Positions 52,886 to 64,000 of a stretch of 64,000 nucleotides of DNA are shown one piece after another. A program made the translations under genes and the position numbers. Origin of the DNA: Candidatus Parcubacteria bacterium (GTDB lineage: Bacteria > Patescibacteriota > Minisyncoccia > Phycocordibacterales > PALSA-1337); contig CAVYBN010000012.1 of the NCBI GenBank assembly GCA_963766795.1, forward strand, positions 220 through 64,219. The letters are read 5' to 3'. The notes under the pieces are model-generated. The model searched no databases and had not been told where the DNA came from. It was given only the letters and a program-made list of their open reading frames with translations. The first letter of the stretch is position 1. Every line of letters begins with the position of its first letter.

Positions 52886-53674
52886 ATGCGCCTCCACCGC
52901 TTCCACATTGACGAGCTTGTCGGCGACCGAACCGAGTTGACTATTCATTCGCCTGAGCTTGTGAATCAGCTTCGTCATGTCTTGCGATTGAAAGTCGGCG
53001 AAGAAGCGATTCTATTCGATGGATCAGGCTCCGATTATAAGGTAGTAATAAACCGATTCATTGGAACCGACCAGGCCGTCTTTGATGTACGCGAATCAAT
53101 GCGAAGCCGATTTATGCCCACAAGAAAGACTTATTTGTTTGCGGCGGTTATTAAAAAGGACAACTTTGAATTCATCGTGGAGAAGGCGACCGAGCTTGGA
53201 GTGACGGATATCATTCCAATCATTGCTGATCACAGCGAGAAGAAGGCCTTGAATCGGGAGCGACTGATTAAGATCAGCATTGAAGCAAGCGAGCAGTCGG
53301 GCAGAGGAGATGTGCCGAAGATTTATCCGATCATTTCTTTGAAGGAAGCGATCGAAGCGATCAAGCGTGGATTTGGAAGCGTTGAGAAAACTGGTGAGAA
53401 AATCCTAAATCCTAAATCCGAAATCCGAGACAAATCCGAAGCACGAAATTCAAATGTCAAAATAATTGCTTTCCATACCGAGGGTGAGTATTTATCGAGG
53501 TCCGACCTCAATGAATCCGACCCGATCGCCATCTTCATCGGACCGGAAGGCGGCTGGTCGCCGGAAGAAATCGATATGTTTCACAAGAATGAAATTACAG
53601 TTCGTTGTCTAGGACCTCAAGTCCTTAGGGCTGAAACAGCTGTCATTGCCGCCCTTTCCAAGGTGCTCCTCTAG
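52886..53674 (+). CDS. rsmE: 16S rRNA (uracil1498-N3)-methyltransferase RsmE with in-frame repeat insertion
   Basis: MRLHRFHI..., PUA-like N-domain, SPOUT C-domain (IFIGPEGGWSPEE...LGPQVLRAETA). The insert is EKILNPKSEIRDKSEARNSNVK...LSRSDLNESD. Confidence 0.8.
   Translation: MRLHRFHIDELVGDRTELTIHSPELVNQLRHVLRLKVGEEAILFDGSGSDYKVVINRFIGTDQAVFDVRESMRSRFMPTRKTYLFAAVIKKDNFEFIVEKATELGVTDIIPIIADHSEKKALNRERLIKISIEASEQSGRGDVPKIYPIISLKEAIEAIKRGFGSVEKTGEKILNPKSEIRDKSEARNSNVKIIAFHTEGEYLSRSDLNESDPIAIFIGPEGGWSPEEIDMFHKNEITVRCLGPQVLRAETAVIAALSKVLL
53399..53510. repeat. AAATCC-type repeat plus GAGGTCCGACCTC hairpin core inside rsmE
   Basis: AAATCCTAAATCCTAAATCCGAAATCCGAGACAAATCCGAAGCACGAAATTCAAATGTCAAAAT parallels the intergenic AAATCCCAAATCCCAAAAATCAAATTCC...AGTCAAATTTCAAAAAT at 52758-52815. 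Confidence 0.7.
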
Positions 53675-53688
53675 ACAAGGTGCTATTT

Positions 53689-54739
53689 TCAGTTAGCAGA
53701 TTCCAAAAACTGGAATACCTTCTCATTCGTGAGCACGGTCTCTGCATAGATGGCGGCGCTCTCGCGGTCGGCGTCTTTGTAGTGCTCGAGAATGTGGGAG
53801 ACTTCGGCCTCGACTTCTTCTTTTGACGGCTCGATCTTCTCGGCCTTGGCGATCTCATTCAGGACCAATTGGAGCTTGGCCTTCTTCTCGGCAAGCGGCC
53901 GCCACTCCTTGCGGACATCATCGATGGATTTCTTGGCATGCTTCAGATAATCGTCGAGCTTTACGCCCATGCGTTCGATGTCGGCGCTGAACTGCGCTTC
54001 GGTGCGATGTAGCTCGCTCTCGACCATGATGTCAGGCAATTCGACGCCGGTTTTCTCGGCGATGGCATCGGCGATGCGGATGCGGGTCTTCTCCTTGGCC
54101 TCATCTTTTTTATTCTCAGCGATCATGACGGAGAGCTTGGATTTGAAATCAGCGACATCTTTGAAATCGCCGAGCTTCTTGACTAACTCGTCGGTCAGCT
54201 CCGGCATAGCGGCTTCGACGGCTTTGGCGTGCTCTTCGGCGCTCATCTTCGAATGGTCATGTCCTTCATGCGAGGCGTGCGTCTTTCGAATGCGCAGAAT
54301 AGCTTCTTCGATTTCTTTATCGGTGGTTTTTTCTTCACCGGGCTTATTCTTACCGACTTCAATCGTCGCGAGCTTGCGGTAATCCGGTAGCTTCACTTCT
54401 GGGACGACGGCGGTCACGGCTTTGAATTCGAGCGGGATTGCCTTTGGCGAGCTTTGTCACGTGGATCTCCGGCTTGCCGATGGCGTCGATCTTGTTGTCT
54501 ATCAATATGTCCACATAAGCCTTCGGCAAAGCCAATTCGGCCATCTCTTCGAGGATGGCCATCTCGCCGACTTTGGATATCAGGATATTCTCGGGGATAT
54601 TGCCTTTGCGGAAGCCGTCGATCGAGATCGACTGATTGATGCTCTTCAATGCTTGGGCGCGGAACTTCTCCCAAACCTCGGCCGGAATCGAACCGCTGAT
54701 CTCCACGCGGGACTTGTCGAGCTTTTTGATTTCGGTCAT
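53689..54739 (-). CDS. tig: trigger factor (short form), frameshifted as assembled
   Basis: The N-domain MTEIKKLDKSRVEISGSIPAEVWEKF...GFRKGNIPENIL continues after removal of one C from the CCC (plus-strand GGG at 54434-54436), giving ...AKGNPLEFKAVTAVVPEVKLPDY... Confidence 0.85.
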
Positions 54740-54846
54740 GGAAAAGAGTCTATAGAAAAAGCCGCAAGTTAGCAAGTTAAAGACTACAAGTGATGATGTG
54801 ATTACTTGTTAACTTGTAACTTGCAACTTCAGTTAACTTGAAACTG

Positions 54847-55263
54847 TTAGAAATTCTGATTGTCCAGACCGTTGGTGGAGCTGTTGAGGTCGTTCTGGAG
54901 CGACTGGATATCGGTCGAGGTGCCGGTCGTCGGCTGGACCGCCGCCGAAGCCTGTGAATCGTTGTTCACGATCGCAGCTCCGTCGAGATTTCCCGCTGAG
55001 ACGGCGTTGTCGTCGGGAATAGCCGGCTGATTGATGCGCGACGCGAAGAGATACAGAGCGGCGATTATGAGGATGAGCACGATCACCAGCGTGGCGATGA
55101 TAGGGCCGACCTTCTTCTCGCCATTCTGGCCGGGGCCTTTCATTGAAGGGATCACGATCGGCGTAGGCGGAACCGCTGGCGGCATCGTCGGAGGCATTGT
55201 CACCGGCATCGTCGGCGGCATTATCGGCTGATCATTCGCGATGGGCTGGTTCTGCGGTTCCAT
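54847..55263 (-). CDS. proline-rich single-pass membrane protein
   Basis: ATG at 55263 (MEPQNQPIANDQPIMPPTMP...). TM segment GPIIATLVIVLILIIAALYLF. Confidence 0.45.
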   Translation of the reverse strand: MEPQNQPIANDQPIMPPTMPVTMPPTMPPAVPPTPIVIPSMKGPGQNGEKKVGPIIATLVIVLILIIAALYLFASRINQPAIPDDNAVSAGNLDGAAIVNNDSQASAAVQPTTGTSTDIQSLQNDLNSSTNGLDNQNF

Positions 55264-55322
55264 GTGGTTATTTGTTATGTTTTTTATTAAAACGATAGCG
55301 CTCATTGATTGGAAGGTTGGCT

Positions 55323-56177
55323 TTAGTGCGAAGATGGCAGGACTGCTTCGGTCGAACTGCCTATCGGAGGCACTCCCAGGGCCTGAATGATCGCGCTCAC
55401 AACCTGATCAAGCGCCATGCGAGCTGCATTGATTGATTGTATAGCGGCGGATCCTAATTGTCGGGCCTGTCTGAGATCAATGGTGGTCGAAGCGGTGATG
55501 GTCGTGGAGCCTGTCGACGGCACGTATGCTGCCAAGGCCTGCACGGCTTGCATAGCAGTCGAGATGTCCTTGTCTGCCGTCGCGAGAAGGGTAGTCGCTT
55601 TGCTCATGTCTATGCCTTTGGCCGTCTCGGTCTGGATCAATGAGGCGATGCGAGCCCGGATCTGCTGAAGGTTAGTCAAAGATTGATTCGATTGCTGTAC
55701 TAGATTGTCCTGCAGAAAAGCAAAGGCGTCGGCGCGAAGGCTCTGCTCGCGCTCGTGGTTAGCCGTCATCTGTTGGATCAATGTCGAAGAAGCGAACATC
55801 GTCGAAGTGGCGAATCTTTTCATGAGCGCAGGCATCATGACTGGACTGCGTGCCGATGGTGGCATTATGCCGGGACCGCGGCCTTGTGCATTCGGAGGAA
55901 GGACGCCGGTCTGGCCTGCTCGGAATGGCGGTGTGCCGCTCGCGTATGACGGCGAGCTCGAGCCGTAATGTTCTTGCGGTATGAGGGTATTGCGGTAATC
56001 GCGGTTATTCTGGAGATTCTGCATGCCGGCCTGATATTCGGACTGCAAATGGCCAGTGATGGTGTTCGGCTTAGGTTGTGGCGCTGGCGCGCTTTGATTG
56101 TCCTGCGCATAGATCAAAGCCGGCACTGCTAATGTTACTAGCAGAGCTGAACTTAAAAGGAAAGAATGTTTTTTCAT
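55323..56177 (-). CDS. secreted helical protein of unknown function
   Basis: ATG at 56177 (MKKHSFLLSSALLVTLAVPALIYA signal peptide). Confidence 0.45.
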   Translation of the reverse strand: MKKHSFLLSSALLVTLAVPALIYAQDNQSAPAPQPKPNTITGHLQSEYQAGMQNLQNNRDYRNTLIPQEHYGSSSPSYASGTPPFRAGQTGVLPPNAQGRGPGIMPPSARSPVMMPALMKRFATSTMFASSTLIQQMTANHEREQSLRADAFAFLQDNLVQQSNQSLTNLQQIRARIASLIQTETAKGIDMSKATTLLATADKDISTAMQAVQALAAYVPSTGSTTITASTTIDLRQARQLGSAAIQSINAARMALDQVVSAIIQALGVPPIGSSTEAVLPSSH

Positions 56178-56370
56178 GATGGGATTCAGTATAGCAACAA
56201 GCGAGGACATGAACAAACCCATTTGTTCAATGTCCGAGCGCCGTTGATATATAGTCCTCTATATAGCATAAAGTCTTTTGACGCGAAGAAAAACTGTTGA
56301 TTAAAATAATTAAAATAAAAAGCCCCAGCCTCGAGAGCGAGGCGTGGGGTGAAAGAATGTGTCCGACAAA

Positions 56371-56910
56371 TCAACTGCAGTTGAATGACTCGCCACAGTT
56401 GGGGCATCTGAAGCAGGCGCCGGCTCGTACGCCCACATGCCCGCATCTCGGACAGGTAGGTTCCTTTTCAAAGTAAGGAGGCGATTTGCCATCACTGAGC
56501 GGCGTTTGAGGAGGGCTCGATGCTTCCGGTTTTGATGTGAAGAGATCTGGCGGCAGCAATATTTCCAAGTGGTACTGTCTTGCCAACTTCTCATCGAGTG
56601 TCCAGCCTTGTTTATGAAGCATTTCCGAGTATCCTTGCCGAAGATTATACTCTTCCATATAGCCGGAAACTTCAATAGTGGTATCTTCGTCACCATTGTA
56701 ACCATAACCTTTGATGGTGAACGAGGTACCATCGATCAGAAACGGACGTATGCCGACAATAGAATGTAACAGTCTGTGCGTCATTTCCACTTCGGATGTC
56801 ATAGAATAGATTGCTTCTGTGCCGTCGCGACAACAAACACGTGGCGGATAAAGCTGGGCATGCATTTTGATTTTCATGGGTAACCTTTCTGCCATCCAAA
56901 TTACTCCCAA
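56371..56910 (-). CDS. hypothetical protein with C-terminal zinc ribbon
   Basis: C-terminal CPRCGHVG...CFRCPNCGE. The start is uncertain. Confidence 0.45.
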   Translation of the reverse strand: MGVIWMAERLPMKIKMHAQLYPPRVCCRDGTEAIYSMTSEVEMTHRLLHSIVGIRPFLIDGTSFTIKGYGYNGDEDTTIEVSGYMEEYNLRQGYSEMLHKQGWTLDEKLARQYHLEILLPPDLFTSKPEASSPPQTPLSDGKSPPYFEKEPTCPRCGHVGVRAGACFRCPNCGESFNCS

Positions 56911-57022
56911 TCAATGATTTGTCAAACCAAAAAGAACCGGCTCTTCGCTGGCTCTTTTTCGACTTGTAACTTTTCACTTGCAACTTGCTTCGCCCTCCGA
57001 AGCCCTGCGAAGGAGGGTGACT

Positions 57023-59023
57023 TTAGAACAAATGCCACGCCATAACGAAGGTGACAATGAGGAGCGCCACGATGTTCAGGATCTTGATCATCGGATTGAT
57101 GGCAGGCCCCGCGGTGTCCTTGTAAGGATCGCCGACAGTGTCGCCGGTGACGGCCGCCTTGTGGGCGTCGGAGCCTTTGCCGCCGTGAGCGCCTTGCTCG
57201 ATGAATTTCTTGGCATTATCCCAAGCACCGCCGCCGGATGTCATTGATATCGCGACGAATAGGCCAGTTACGATCGAACCGACAAGCAAACCGCCAAGGG
57301 CGACAGGTCCGAGAACAAAGCCGACAATTATTGGCGCTAGCACTGGAATCAATGCTGGCACGATCATCTCCTTGATGGCTGCTGAAGTGACGATGTCTAC
57401 ACAGCGCGCGTAGTCAGGCTTGGCCGTGCCTTGCATGATGCCTTTGATCTCGCGGAATTGGCGACGGACTTCATCAACGACCTTGCCGGCGGCTTTGCCG
57501 ACGGCTTCCATGGACAGAGCCGCGAAGTAATAGGGAAGCAGGCCGCCGATGAACAGGCCGACGATGACGCGCGGATCGCTCAAATTGAAGGCGAGGCCGT
57601 GCGTGGCTTGCGTGTACGAAGCGAACAAGACGAGTGCGGCCAAGCCGGCCGAGCCGATGGCATAGCCCTTTGGTGACAGCCTTGGTGGTATTGCCGACGG
57701 CGTCGAGAGGATCGGTGACGTCACGGACTTCCTTGGGCAGTTCTGCCATCTCGGCGATGCCGCCGGCGTTATCGGTGATCGGACCGTAAGCGTCGATGGC
57801 CACGATGATCCCAGCCATCGAGAGCATGGACATGGCTGCCACAGCGATGCCGTAGAGGCCGCCGAGCGCATAAGCCAGAAGGATGCCGACGACGATCGTG
57901 ATCAAGGGCCATGCCGTGGACTTCATCGAGATCGCAAGGCCTTGAATGATATTCGTGCCATGGCCAGAGAGCGAAGCATTGGCGATCGACTGTACCGGCT
58001 TGTATTTCGTCGAGGTGAAATATTCGGTGATGACGACGAGCGCGGCTGTCACGAGCAATCCGATCAGAGTCGCCAAATAAATGTGACCAGCTCCATACAT
58101 TGGAATTGTTCCCATTATAGAGCGAGTGACTGGATAGAATGCGATAGCCGCCAAGATTCCGGCAACAGCCAGTCCTTTATACATAGCACCCATGATATTC
58201 TTTGAATTTCCCATCTTCACGAACCAAGTCCCGATGATCGAAGCGATGATTGCGATACCTCCAAGAGCAAGCGGGTAAATCAACGCGCCGTTGAAGCCCG
58301 GGAAGAGCGCGGTGCCGAGCATCATGGCGGCGATGGTCGTGACAGCATAGGTTTCAAATAGATCGGCAGCCATTCCCGCGCAATCGCCGACGTTATCTCC
58401 GACATTATCAGCGATGACACCGGGATTTCGCGGATCATCTTCGGGGATTCCAGCTTCGACTTTTCCGACGAGATCAGTACCGACGTCAGCGGCTTTGGTG
58501 AATATGCCGCCGCCAAGACGAGCGAAGACGGAAATGAGCGAAGCGCCAAAGGCCAGACCGATTAACGAGCTCACGTCTTTTGTGATTGAGTAGAAGACGG
58601 TGACGCCAAGCAGATGCCAAGACCGACAACGAGAAGCCCGGTCACAGAGCCGCCTTTGAATGCGAGCGAAAGTGCCGGTGCCAATCCTTGTCGAGCCGCT
58701 TCAGCCGTGCGGACATTCGTGCGCACCGAGACATTCATGCCGATGAAGCCGGCCAAAGCCGAGAGAATCGCGCCCAAGATGAAGCCAAGCGCGATCGTGA
58801 TCCCGAGGAATATCCAGAGGATGATAAATAGAATGACAGCAATTATCGCGATCGTTCGGTACTGGCGATTCAGATAAGCCTTAGCGCCGGCCTGTATGGC
58901 GGCCGCGATCTCCTTCATGCGGTCGTTGCCGGCAGGCTTCTTCATGATAGAGGAGGCCAGCCATGCGCCGTAAGCGATGGCGATCACGGAACAGACGAGA
59001 GCGAACCAGATATAGTGGGACAT
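57023..59023 (-). CDS. hppA: membrane-bound pyrophosphate-energised ion pump (H+/Na+-PPase), two frameshifts as assembled
   Basis: Three consecutive ORFs carry [49 protein letters not shown]|YAIGSAG and [17 protein letters not shown]. One junction is repaired by removing one G from the GGG (plus-strand CCC at 57666-57668). The other needs one base added near 58608-58616. Confidence 0.85.
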
Positions 59024-59271
59024 TTCAAGTTAAAAGTTTACAGTGCAAAGTGCAAAATTTTAGGGCACTTGCGGTTATTAATGACTATTATTGAAGCAAT
59101 AAGCGAGAATATAGCAGGTTTTCTCAGGGAATTGGCAGGGTTGACAGAAAATTATTGGTATGCTATCCTAGTTTTGAACATGGGCAGTCTGGAGGCAATT
59201 ATGCCGATAGAAACCCCCATGAAAGAAAGGTTCCATTGAAAACAAATGACAAAACGGCGGCAGGCACCGAT

Positions 59272-59967
59272 ATGCCTGATTTCAAGAAGATTCATCCGGA
59301 TTCGTTGAGGTGCGAGTTCACCACACCGATCATCTTCGGATTCTTCGAGTTCCTACGAACACTGATGCTCTGGTTTGAAACCCAGGGCAAAAGACTATTG
59401 GAACAATCAGACCCTCTCACTTTCGAACAGTGGGAAGAGCTGTATACTAACAGTTGGCTCATGTACACTCGCCTCGGTCGGGCAGGAGGAGCTGTGACGA
59501 AACTCCATTTAGAAGTCTTGCGAAAAGGCATCGCTTCGCTTGATCACTGGGTACGGACGGTATACGTTCATGATGATGAGTCTGATTTTGGAAAGGAATG
59601 CAATTATGTCCTTGGCCAATGGTCAGCTCAAATTCATAACGACATCCGCGTCGGTGGGGCATTCGGAATTGGTTCTCACTTCTGTACAAAGGATGAAAGT
59701 TGGAAGTTGGTGGAGAGCCTGGTACCTATAGCGCAAGCACTCAAATCTGACGCCTGGCTCAAAGAGATTGCGATGGAGCGCTATGCTGGCGACGACAGGC
59801 TGTCAGTTGAGCTTTTCATCAAAGCTCACAGAATTGGTAACGCCTCGGACGCGTTCGAAAAATCTCCGCCCCTTCGGCAAATCGGCCGAAGGGGATTTTC
59901 ATTTTCAAGATCATTACGAAACAAAATATCGGCGCGCGACAGATTGCAAAACTTTTTAAAGTGGTAA
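59272..59967 (+). CDS. hypothetical protein
   Basis: The track ORF is 59155..59967. I prefer the ATG at 59272 (MPDFKKIHPD). No motif recognised. Confidence 0.4.
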   Translation: MPDFKKIHPDSLRCEFTTPIIFGFFEFLRTLMLWFETQGKRLLEQSDPLTFEQWEELYTNSWLMYTRLGRAGGAVTKLHLEVLRKGIASLDHWVRTVYVHDDESDFGKECNYVLGQWSAQIHNDIRVGGAFGIGSHFCTKDESWKLVESLVPIAQALKSDAWLKEIAMERYAGDDRLSVELFIKAHRIGNASDAFEKSPPLRQIGRRGFSFSRSLRNKISARDRLQNFLKW

Positions 59968-60018
59968 AATGTCGGTGCGACTGCCATCGCACACCGCCTT
60001 GATCGCCTCTCGATTCAA

Positions 60019-60321
60019 ATGAGAACAAATACTACATACGCAACTAGAAGCCAGCTCTTGGACTATGTGACCAAGGGCGAATTCAACGAATTTAAAGGAG
60101 AGATGTATGATTTCCGTGATCGTGCGGAAGATCATTTTGCAAGCATCGAAGGACATTTTACCGATGTGGAAAAACGGTTAAATTCTATTGACCGCCGCTT
60201 TGATGAACTAAAAGATGAGTTTCGGATTCAGACCGGCATCCTCGTAGAGCAAATGCAAGATGAACGCAAAATCACGCTTGAACATGTCAACGGTTTGGTC
60301 CAGAATTGGCAAAAACGATAA
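60019..60321 (+). CDS. coiled-coil hypothetical protein
   Basis: 100-aa ORF with a heptad-like charged sequence. Confidence 0.4.
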   Translation: MRTNTTYATRSQLLDYVTKGEFNEFKGEMYDFRDRAEDHFASIEGHFTDVEKRLNSIDRRFDELKDEFRIQTGILVEQMQDERKITLEHVNGLVQNWQKR

Positions 60322-60374
60322 TTGGTTCAGCGTGTAGCCCTAAAATGGTCAACCTGATAAGATAGGGTATACAC

Positions 60375-60596
60375 ATGGTCAACCTCCAGAAACATTACCA
60401 GCAATCGATCGGCGCGAAGATACGGCGCGAGCGCGAGAAGCTGGGCATATCGCAGGAAGAATTCGGCGCGTTGGCCGGCGTTCACCGGACATACGTGGGC
60501 ATGGTGGAGCGCGGGGAGAAGAACATAACTATCCACAACCTGATCCGATTTGCTGACGCGCTCAAGCTGCAAGTCAGGGATCTCATAGATTTTTAA
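60375..60596 (+). CDS. XRE-family HTH regulator resembling R-M controller (C) proteins
   Basis: IRREREKLGISQEEFGALAGVHRTYVGMVERGEKNITIHNLIRFADAL. It is followed by the hairpin AAGCCT-ATTG-AGGCTT plus TTT at about 60621-60642. Confidence 0.7.
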   Translation: MVNLQKHYQQSIGAKIRREREKLGISQEEFGALAGVHRTYVGMVERGEKNITIHNLIRFADALKLQVRDLIDF

Positions 60597-60746
60597 ACCA
60601 GTATATCGGCCGTATCCCAAAGCCTATTGAGGCTTTTTAGTTATACCGACAAGCGAGGAGCGCGTAAAAGCTTGCTTTTACAGCGTCCGAGCGCCGTCGA
60701 GGAAACGAGCGAAGCGAGTTATCCCCATAATTGGCGCTAACTATAG

Positions 60747-60775
60747 TTGACAATTGTTTCGTGCTCGTCTATGAT
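60747..60775 (+). promoter_or_regulatory. candidate promoter TTGACA-17-TATGAT flanked by GCGCTAAC-type boxes
   Basis: -35 at 60747-60752 and -10 at 60770-60775. The boxes are TTGGCGCTAAC (60731-60741), TAGCGCTAAC (60785-60794) and TTGGCGCTAC (60800-60809). Confidence 0.45.
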
Positions 60776-61224
60776 ACTCATAGATAGCGCTAACTGTGAT
60801 TGGCGCTACCAAAAAAGCACATTGAGAAAAGCGGCTCCTTATGAACACTGACACCATTTACGATCCTAGGCCGAAGACCTCGACTGTCCAAAAATCCCGC
60901 CCTGAAAAAGGAAACGGCGATGACCGGATAGACGATTTCGACGCCAGGATCCCGAATTGAATACCTCTTTGAGGGAGGACCGATCTGCCAGGAGCAGAGG
61001 CCCGTTACGACAATGTCTATTGTACATGAGGTACCTTATGAACAAGTTCCAAGACAGGATAATCTGCAAGGGGGACGAAGAGGGTTGCCCGTCATATGAA
61101 GGAGATTCGAGTTCTCCCGGTGGCGGTGATGGAAGCACCGGCGAAGGCGTGTAATACGCCTGTAACCGATTGTAGGGGTAGTCGTTCATTCGATTGCCCC
61201 TATATTTTATAAAACATTCTTATT

Positions 61225-62451
61225 ATGAAAACATCCAACCTTTCCAACGGCCTCACTGTCATTTTGTGTGATAGGCCAGGCTGTCGCAGTGTCGCCATGA
61301 GCTTCCGTGTGCGGGCGGGCAGCATATATGAGCATGCGCATGAAACGGGTGTAGCTCATTTTCTAGAACATGTCGCAATGGACGGATCAAGGAGATATCC
61401 CAATGAACGCAAATTATCGGATGTGATAGACCTCCATGGCGGAATAAAGAACGCGGTTACGAACAAGGACACGATCGAATATTACGTAAAAGTCCTCAAG
61501 GGGGATGAATCTTTCGCGCTTGAATATCTGTCCCAGATCGTCTGCGAATCTCTTATCAGCAAAGAAAGCATCACGAAGCAGAAGGGGATAATAGAACAAG
61601 AGATCTCGCGTTTTAAATCTGATCCGGAGAGGCTCTCTCAAAGGGCTGTATACTCCGTGGTCTTTCCAGGAACACGTTTAGGTTCATTCAATACCGGCGA
61701 TGTCGATGATATAAGATCATTACGATGGGAAACTGTCGTGGCGTATGCCCAAGTCACCCATTGCGGAAATAATTCCGTGCTCGTCGTCTGCGGTGATCTC
61801 AAGAGTTCCAACATCGAGAGTTTGATACAGACATATTTCGGAGCATTGCCTCCCGGCCAGACCATGTCCGTTCCTGATATAAAGGCAACGCCTCTCGCGA
61901 ATCCTGTTACGATGCACTTGAATGGCGCAAAACAGACAGTGATATCCGCAGGTTTTCAAGCATTTCCCACTGGGGATATCCGCCGCTATGCGGTCGATGT
62001 CTTGAGATATATCCTCTGCGCTCCTACTTCTGGACGATTGAGCTATGAGATCAGAGAACGCCAATCAATGGCATATTCTATCGCTGGCAATAGCTATCAC
62101 GGCCGTGCCGCGGGTGCACTCATGATACACGCCGGCGTTTCACCGGAACGGGTCGATGACTGTATCGCCACGATGACCAATGAATTCGCAAAACTGTCCC
62201 AAACAGTGCCAGATTCTATTGAATTGGATAGGTCATACGCTTCGATAAAAGCGAGAAAGGCATTTCTATTGGAGGATACTCTTGGCGAAGCCTCTTACCA
62301 TTCATATCAATGGTGCACGACTGATACGACTAAGACCGTAGAGGCAGAATTGGACGCATACAAGGCTGTGTGTGCTGATAATGAATGCATACGAAATACC
62401 GCATCTTCATTGTTTAAAGACCCGCCAGCCATACTCCTTGTCGGACCATAA
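61225..62451 (+). CDS. M16 (pitrilysin/insulinase) family zinc peptidase, active-site form
   Basis: HFLEH inverted zincin motif near the N-terminus (GVAHFLEHVAMDGS). 408 aa with the two-domain M16 layout. Confidence 0.8.
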   Translation: MKTSNLSNGLTVILCDRPGCRSVAMSFRVRAGSIYEHAHETGVAHFLEHVAMDGSRRYPNERKLSDVIDLHGGIKNAVTNKDTIEYYVKVLKGDESFALEYLSQIVCESLISKESITKQKGIIEQEISRFKSDPERLSQRAVYSVVFPGTRLGSFNTGDVDDIRSLRWETVVAYAQVTHCGNNSVLVVCGDLKSSNIESLIQTYFGALPPGQTMSVPDIKATPLANPVTMHLNGAKQTVISAGFQAFPTGDIRRYAVDVLRYILCAPTSGRLSYEIRERQSMAYSIAGNSYHGRAAGALMIHAGVSPERVDDCIATMTNEFAKLSQTVPDSIELDRSYASIKARKAFLLEDTLGEASYHSYQWCTTDTTKTVEAELDAYKAVCADNECIRNTASSLFKDPPAILLVGP

Positions 62452-62489
62452 TCTCTCTTATTACTGCGAACGATTCTTCTTTTTATCTA

Positions 62490-63838
<1,349 letters not shown>

Positions 63839-64000
63839 GATATTTGATTATTATTCTGCTGTTATTAAGTTGTAAGCCGCGATGCGAATACGCGAATCAT
63901 GCGAATGACGCGAATATAAGCCCTTTTGACAAACGATTCGCCCAAGAGCGAACTGATCACTCGAAGAATATAGCTAAATAGGGGCATTTTGGCAAGGGTT

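Noticed and set aside
60866-61189. 107-aa minus-strand ORF in the XRE-M16 spacer.
   Set aside because: It has Pro/Ser-rich low-complexity translation and no start context. It is antisense to the better-supported promoter-driven plus-strand micro-ORFs.

Overview
This 64-kb window looks like a reduced-genome, Patescibacteria/CPR-like bacterium. That is an inference from short housekeeping genes, a T4SS-pilin-type protein, a SWIB-domain protein, few Shine-Dalgarno motifs and repeat-rich intergenic DNA. The standard genetic code fits. Positions 1-12.3 kb hold a co-directional minus-strand type IV secretion-like cluster: pilin-like, VirB4, PrgI/VirB3-like and VirB6-like genes plus secreted and membrane proteins of unknown function. 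No relaxase or coupling protein is visible. The rest is housekeeping (rsmA, pcrA, comM, pnp, rpsO, xerC/D-like, xth, cca, four tRNAs, yraN, hup, rny, clpP, rsmE, tig, hppA, nusA) interrupted by accessory DNA. (a) A roughly 9-kb AT-richer island splits the usually adjacent rpsO and pnp. It carries a type I R-M system (hsdM, hsdS, hsdR) with two nested cassettes. One has a HEPN-like protein, a TM protein, a PD-ExK-like protein and three tandem mini-HTH paralogs. The other has a 57-aa and a 185-aa gene. (b) A Gp49/HigB-like toxin, XRE antitoxin and unknown third gene form one operon. (c) Two back-to-back AbiE-type modules. (d) A RelE/Phd-like pair. A striking feature is an 88-bp two-hairpin MITE-like element: four full copies, one extended copy and one half copy. 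Several other short repeat families also occur. Members of these families lie in frame inside rsmA, pcrA, pnp and rsmE. About a dozen genes, including essential ones, are frameshifted as assembled. Several of these are repaired by changing a short homopolymer by one base, so I treat most as assembly or basecalling indels and flag every pseudogene call accordingly. No rRNA or CRISPR array was seen.
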